A stretch of DNA of 64,000 nucleotides, taken from the IMG/VR virus record IMGVR_UViG_3300028886_000042. One strand, given 5' to 3'. This stretch comes from a virus (taxonomy: Duplodnaviria > Caudoviricetes). How positions within the stretch are numbered: the first letter of the stretch is position 1; every line of letters starts with the position of its first letter. Under the pieces are notes generated by a model, which did no database searches, was not told the origin of the DNA, and saw only the letters and a program-made list of their open reading frames with translations. Positions 61,699 through 64,000 of this stretch are shown piece by piece. Made by a program: the position numbers and the translations under genes.

Positions 61699-62394
61699 AT
61701 GGAGGATATGGAGCATTTGGGATTTTTGGAGCGCATGATAGCACTTCTTGACAAGTACGGATTCTGGAAGATACTTCAGGCTTCACTTGTACTTGCAGGT
61801 TTTCTGTATATGATGTATAATGTACAGAATCTGCCTGAAATCGTATCAGGTGCGTTCAAGAAGCAGACTGAGATTGTACAGCTTGAACATGACGAGGCGA
61901 TTGAACTCAGACGTACCATAAAACCTGATATTGACCTTATATTAAAGGAAAGTCTGTCAGACTTGAATGCAGACAGGGCATTCATCATGGAAATGCACAA
62001 CGGAACAAACAATGTTGCCGGATTACCATTTATTTACGGGGAAATGACCTACGAGGAAGTAAGGAAGGACATAACACATGTTGACGAGGACTATACTTCA
62101 ATTAATCTGTCAAGGTTCACATTCCCCATGTTCATAGAAAAACAACATATATGGCACGGAAATATAAACGGATTGAAGGAGATAGATTCAAAACTCGCTT
62201 CAAGGTTAGTCTCGAACGATGTTACATATCTGGCGATTATCATGCTAAACGGTGTATCTAATCAGCTTGGCTATTACGGTCTGACATGGTGCAACGGAAA
62301 GGAACAGCCCAGTCCGAATGAAATTGAACATGAACTAACCGTCAATTCGCAAAAACTATCTATTCTCCTTGATTCAAACAGACTTAATTATTAA
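61699..62394 (+). CDS. Holin-like protein (single TM plus GAF-like domain, T4 gpT-like)
   Basis: N-terminal TM (ILQASLVLAGFLYMMY); L.ADRAFIMEMHNG and LGYYGLTWC GAF-type strands. Confidence 0.6.
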   Translation: MEDMEHLGFLERMIALLDKYGFWKILQASLVLAGFLYMMYNVQNLPEIVSGAFKKQTEIVQLEHDEAIELRRTIKPDIDLILKESLSDLNADRAFIMEMHNGTNNVAGLPFIYGEMTYEEVRKDITHVDEDYTSINLSRFTFPMFIEKQHIWHGNINGLKEIDSKLASRLVSNDVTYLAIIMLNGVSNQLGYYGLTWCNGKEQPSPNEIEHELTVNSQKLSILLDSNRLNY

Positions 62395-62420
62395 TTCTTA
62401 ATAAAGGGGGAGGTATAGCG

Positions 62421-62675
62421 ATGACAAAGAAACAGCAGTTAATAGTTGACATCATACAGTGGATTCTTATCGGAATACTTGTTATAGCATGTTCCATTGT
62501 ATTCATGGGTAAATGTAATATTCAGGAAAGGGAGAAAACCCTTTTAAAACAGAATACATACATCAGGATACACAACAGCAAGCAGATTGCAACACTGACA
62601 AAGAAAAATACGGAATTATCGGATTCCATTATAGTTCTTACGAAAAAACTGGAAGAATGCTCGAAACAGAAATAA
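62421..62675 (+). CDS. Membrane-anchored coiled-coil protein (i-spanin-like)
   Basis: TM helix WILIGILVIACSIVFM followed by a coiled coil; adjacent to the holin-like gene. Confidence 0.5.
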   Translation: MTKKQQLIVDIIQWILIGILVIACSIVFMGKCNIQEREKTLLKQNTYIRIHNSKQIATLTKKNTELSDSIIVLTKKLEECSKQK

Positions 62676-62748
62676 TGGCATACATAATAACTTAGCGGAG
62701 TTATACAATACTGTTATCCGTGGCATATAAACTCACGGATTGCATATG

Positions 62749-62777
62749 TTGGCGATATTATCGTCAATTTTTTTTTT
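62749..62777 (+). terminator. Intrinsic terminator
   Basis: ttggcgat-att-atcgtcaa followed by T10. Confidence 0.7.
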
Positions 62778-62807
62778 GTAGTTATACAAAAAGACAGTAT
62801 ATTTGCA
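62775..62807 (+). promoter_or_regulatory. Bacteroidota-type primary sigma promoter
   Basis: TTTG (62775-62778), 19 nt, TATATTTGCA (62798-62807). Confidence 0.8.
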
Positions 62808-62812
62808 AAGAG

Positions 62813-63790
62813 ATGGAAACAGAATGGCTTGACAGACTAATAACAGAGAAAAGGACAGCAGAAGATTTGTCCAAACTAATAACAGAGGAACTTGGAATAA
62901 ACTATAGCGTAATAGTTGAATCTGAGAAAATAACGCAAGAAATACTGTCGGATATAAAAACCCGAAAAAAGAACTACTTTTCAAATGTACCGGGCGTATC
63001 TTATATTGATGGTAGAATTATGCATAGTACATTCGGATATAATCTTACTGTATGCTACCGTTATATAAACTTTAGGGATAAGAATTTTTTTGATGATTAT
63101 AGCAGCAAAGTCCCCGTACTGAAAAACTCGTTCAATGTCAATACAAAAACACTTACACTGACAATAACAGCTATAAGCGGAAAAGTTATAGAAGATACGT
63201 TGTATGATACTATTCAACACGAACTGCATCATTTCTTTCAGGAGGAAAAAATCGGTAAACCGTTTAATGCAAACAGTTTATATAAAATTGCTTTGGCTTG
63301 TAAAAGAAAGCCTAAAAATTCGCTGACCTATATGCTTGGTGATATGTTATACATAACACTGAAATGCGAGGAAGAAGCCTATACAAACGGTTTATATGCT
63401 GCACTTGTGCATAACTACAGAAACGACAACATACCGACAAACGAAGTACTTGACAACAGTTCTGTATATAATGCACTTCTGACGTTGAGAAAAGAAAAAG
63501 AATTTATATTACAGAATATTAACGACGATGAACTTGTTAAAACATCTGAGGTTATAAGGAAAATAACAGGAAAAAACATCAATAACATTATCAGTTTTAT
63601 CGAAAGGGGTGAAAAGGAACTTCTCAGGAGAATAGGGCGCGTTATTATAAAGGCACAAAAAGATTGTTCGGTTCCAAATGATTTTCATCCTAATGCAAAC
63701 AAACTGACAGAATATACAAAAAGTACGGTTGACGAAGTTTTTTCACTTGTAAGGCTTCCTGAGTCATCGCCTTTTACCGGTTTTCCCTGA
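62813..63790 (+). CDS. Zincin-like metallopeptidase-motif protein (likely start ATG 62813)
   Basis: TIQHELHHFFQ (HExxH) plus downstream EEEAY; the ORF-track extension to 62720 crosses a terminator and a promoter. Confidence 0.65.
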   Translation: METEWLDRLITEKRTAEDLSKLITEELGINYSVIVESEKITQEILSDIKTRKKNYFSNVPGVSYIDGRIMHSTFGYNLTVCYRYINFRDKNFFDDYSSKVPVLKNSFNVNTKTLTLTITAISGKVIEDTLYDTIQHELHHFFQEEKIGKPFNANSLYKIALACKRKPKNSLTYMLGDMLYITLKCEEEAYTNGLYAALVHNYRNDNIPTNEVLDNSSVYNALLTLRKEKEFILQNINDDELVKTSEVIRKITGKNINNIISFIERGEKELLRRIGRVIIKAQKDCSVPNDFHPNANKLTEYTKSTVDEVFSLVRLPESSPFTGFP

Positions 63791-63794
63791 CATA

Positions 63795-63823
63795 TTGACA
63801 AAGAGATGAAAATATAATATATT
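63795..63823 (+). promoter_or_regulatory. TTGACA-N17-TAnnnT promoter (second class)
   Basis: TTGACA (63795-63800), 17 nt, TATATT (63818-63823). Confidence 0.55.
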
Positions 63824-63855
63824 AAGATATATAACAAATAATTCAAAAAACAATC

Positions 63856-64000
63856 ATGTTAACAAAGATAATAGTTTTTCTTCTTGTAATGGCCATACTG
63901 AATGTTATAAGGGTTGGTATAAATTTAAGTATATGTTTCATGAACAATATGAAATATGAAAGTAAATGGTATAACACAGTACTTTTCTTTTCTTCAGTAT
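63856..64000 (+). CDS. Small membrane protein (partial, runs off the window end)
   Basis: MLTKIIVFLLVMAILNVIRVGINLSICF..., open to the window end. Confidence 0.55.
   Translation, partial: MLTKIIVFLLVMAILNVIRVGINLSICFMNNMKYESKWYNTVLFFSSV

Noticed and set aside
62720-62812. GTG 62720 as the ordinary start of the 356-aa ORF
   Set aside because: It crosses a terminator and a consensus promoter, so ATG 62813 is more plausible; the open frame is covered as a finding
2236-63232. Many short minus-strand and alternative-frame ORFs in the ORF track
   Set aside because: They lie inside long plus-strand genes and show antisense-shadow composition (Ser/Leu/Phe-rich) with no motifs
1-64000. Genome-wide stop-codon reassignment (code 15 or 4) as in Lak or some crAss-like phages
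   Set aside because: ORFs of 2188, 2589 and 2738 aa are intact in the standard code, and coding density is high with no fragmented genes
1-64000. tRNA or rRNA genes
   Set aside because: Intergenic gaps are short and I saw no cloverleaf or T-loop signature; tRNAscan-SE would confirm

Overview
A 64-kb, AT-rich, almost entirely plus-strand segment of a large T4-like tailed (jumbo-type) phage genome, read in the standard genetic code. The host is almost certainly an anaerobic Bacteroidota bacterium: ten intergenic sites match the Bacteroidota primary-sigma promoter TTTG-N19/20-TAnnTTTG, most starts lack a Shine-Dalgarno, and the ribonucleotide reductase is class III. Virion modules are interleaved with replication/recombination genes. 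The virion side includes a LysM/tail-X protein, a 2188-aa baseplate hub with two cell-wall hydrolase domains, gp25- and gp6-like wedges, and 2589-aa and 2738-aa giant tail/baseplate proteins. The replication side includes gp32-like SSB, thymidine kinase, RecA/UvsX, 5'-3' exonuclease, DnaB, NrdDG, SbcD, RuvC and SbcC. The window ends with a phage sigma-70 factor, putative head-internal proteins and a holin/spanin-like pair. The most unusual items are: (1) an inverted, compositionally distinct 16-repeat BspA/LRR-like gene with a constant framework and hypervariable positions, behind a perfect 37-bp palindrome; (2) a second promoter class (TTGACA-N17-TAnnnT) that may belong to the phage sigma; (3) an SbcCD pair split onto opposite strands with an apparent domain transfer; (4) a free-standing endonuclease with a terminator-like hairpin between its promoter and start; (5) two places where only a TAG separates upstream translation from an in-frame downstream gene; and (6) a structured intergenic RNA candidate. 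All family assignments come from motif recognition by eye; no searches were run.
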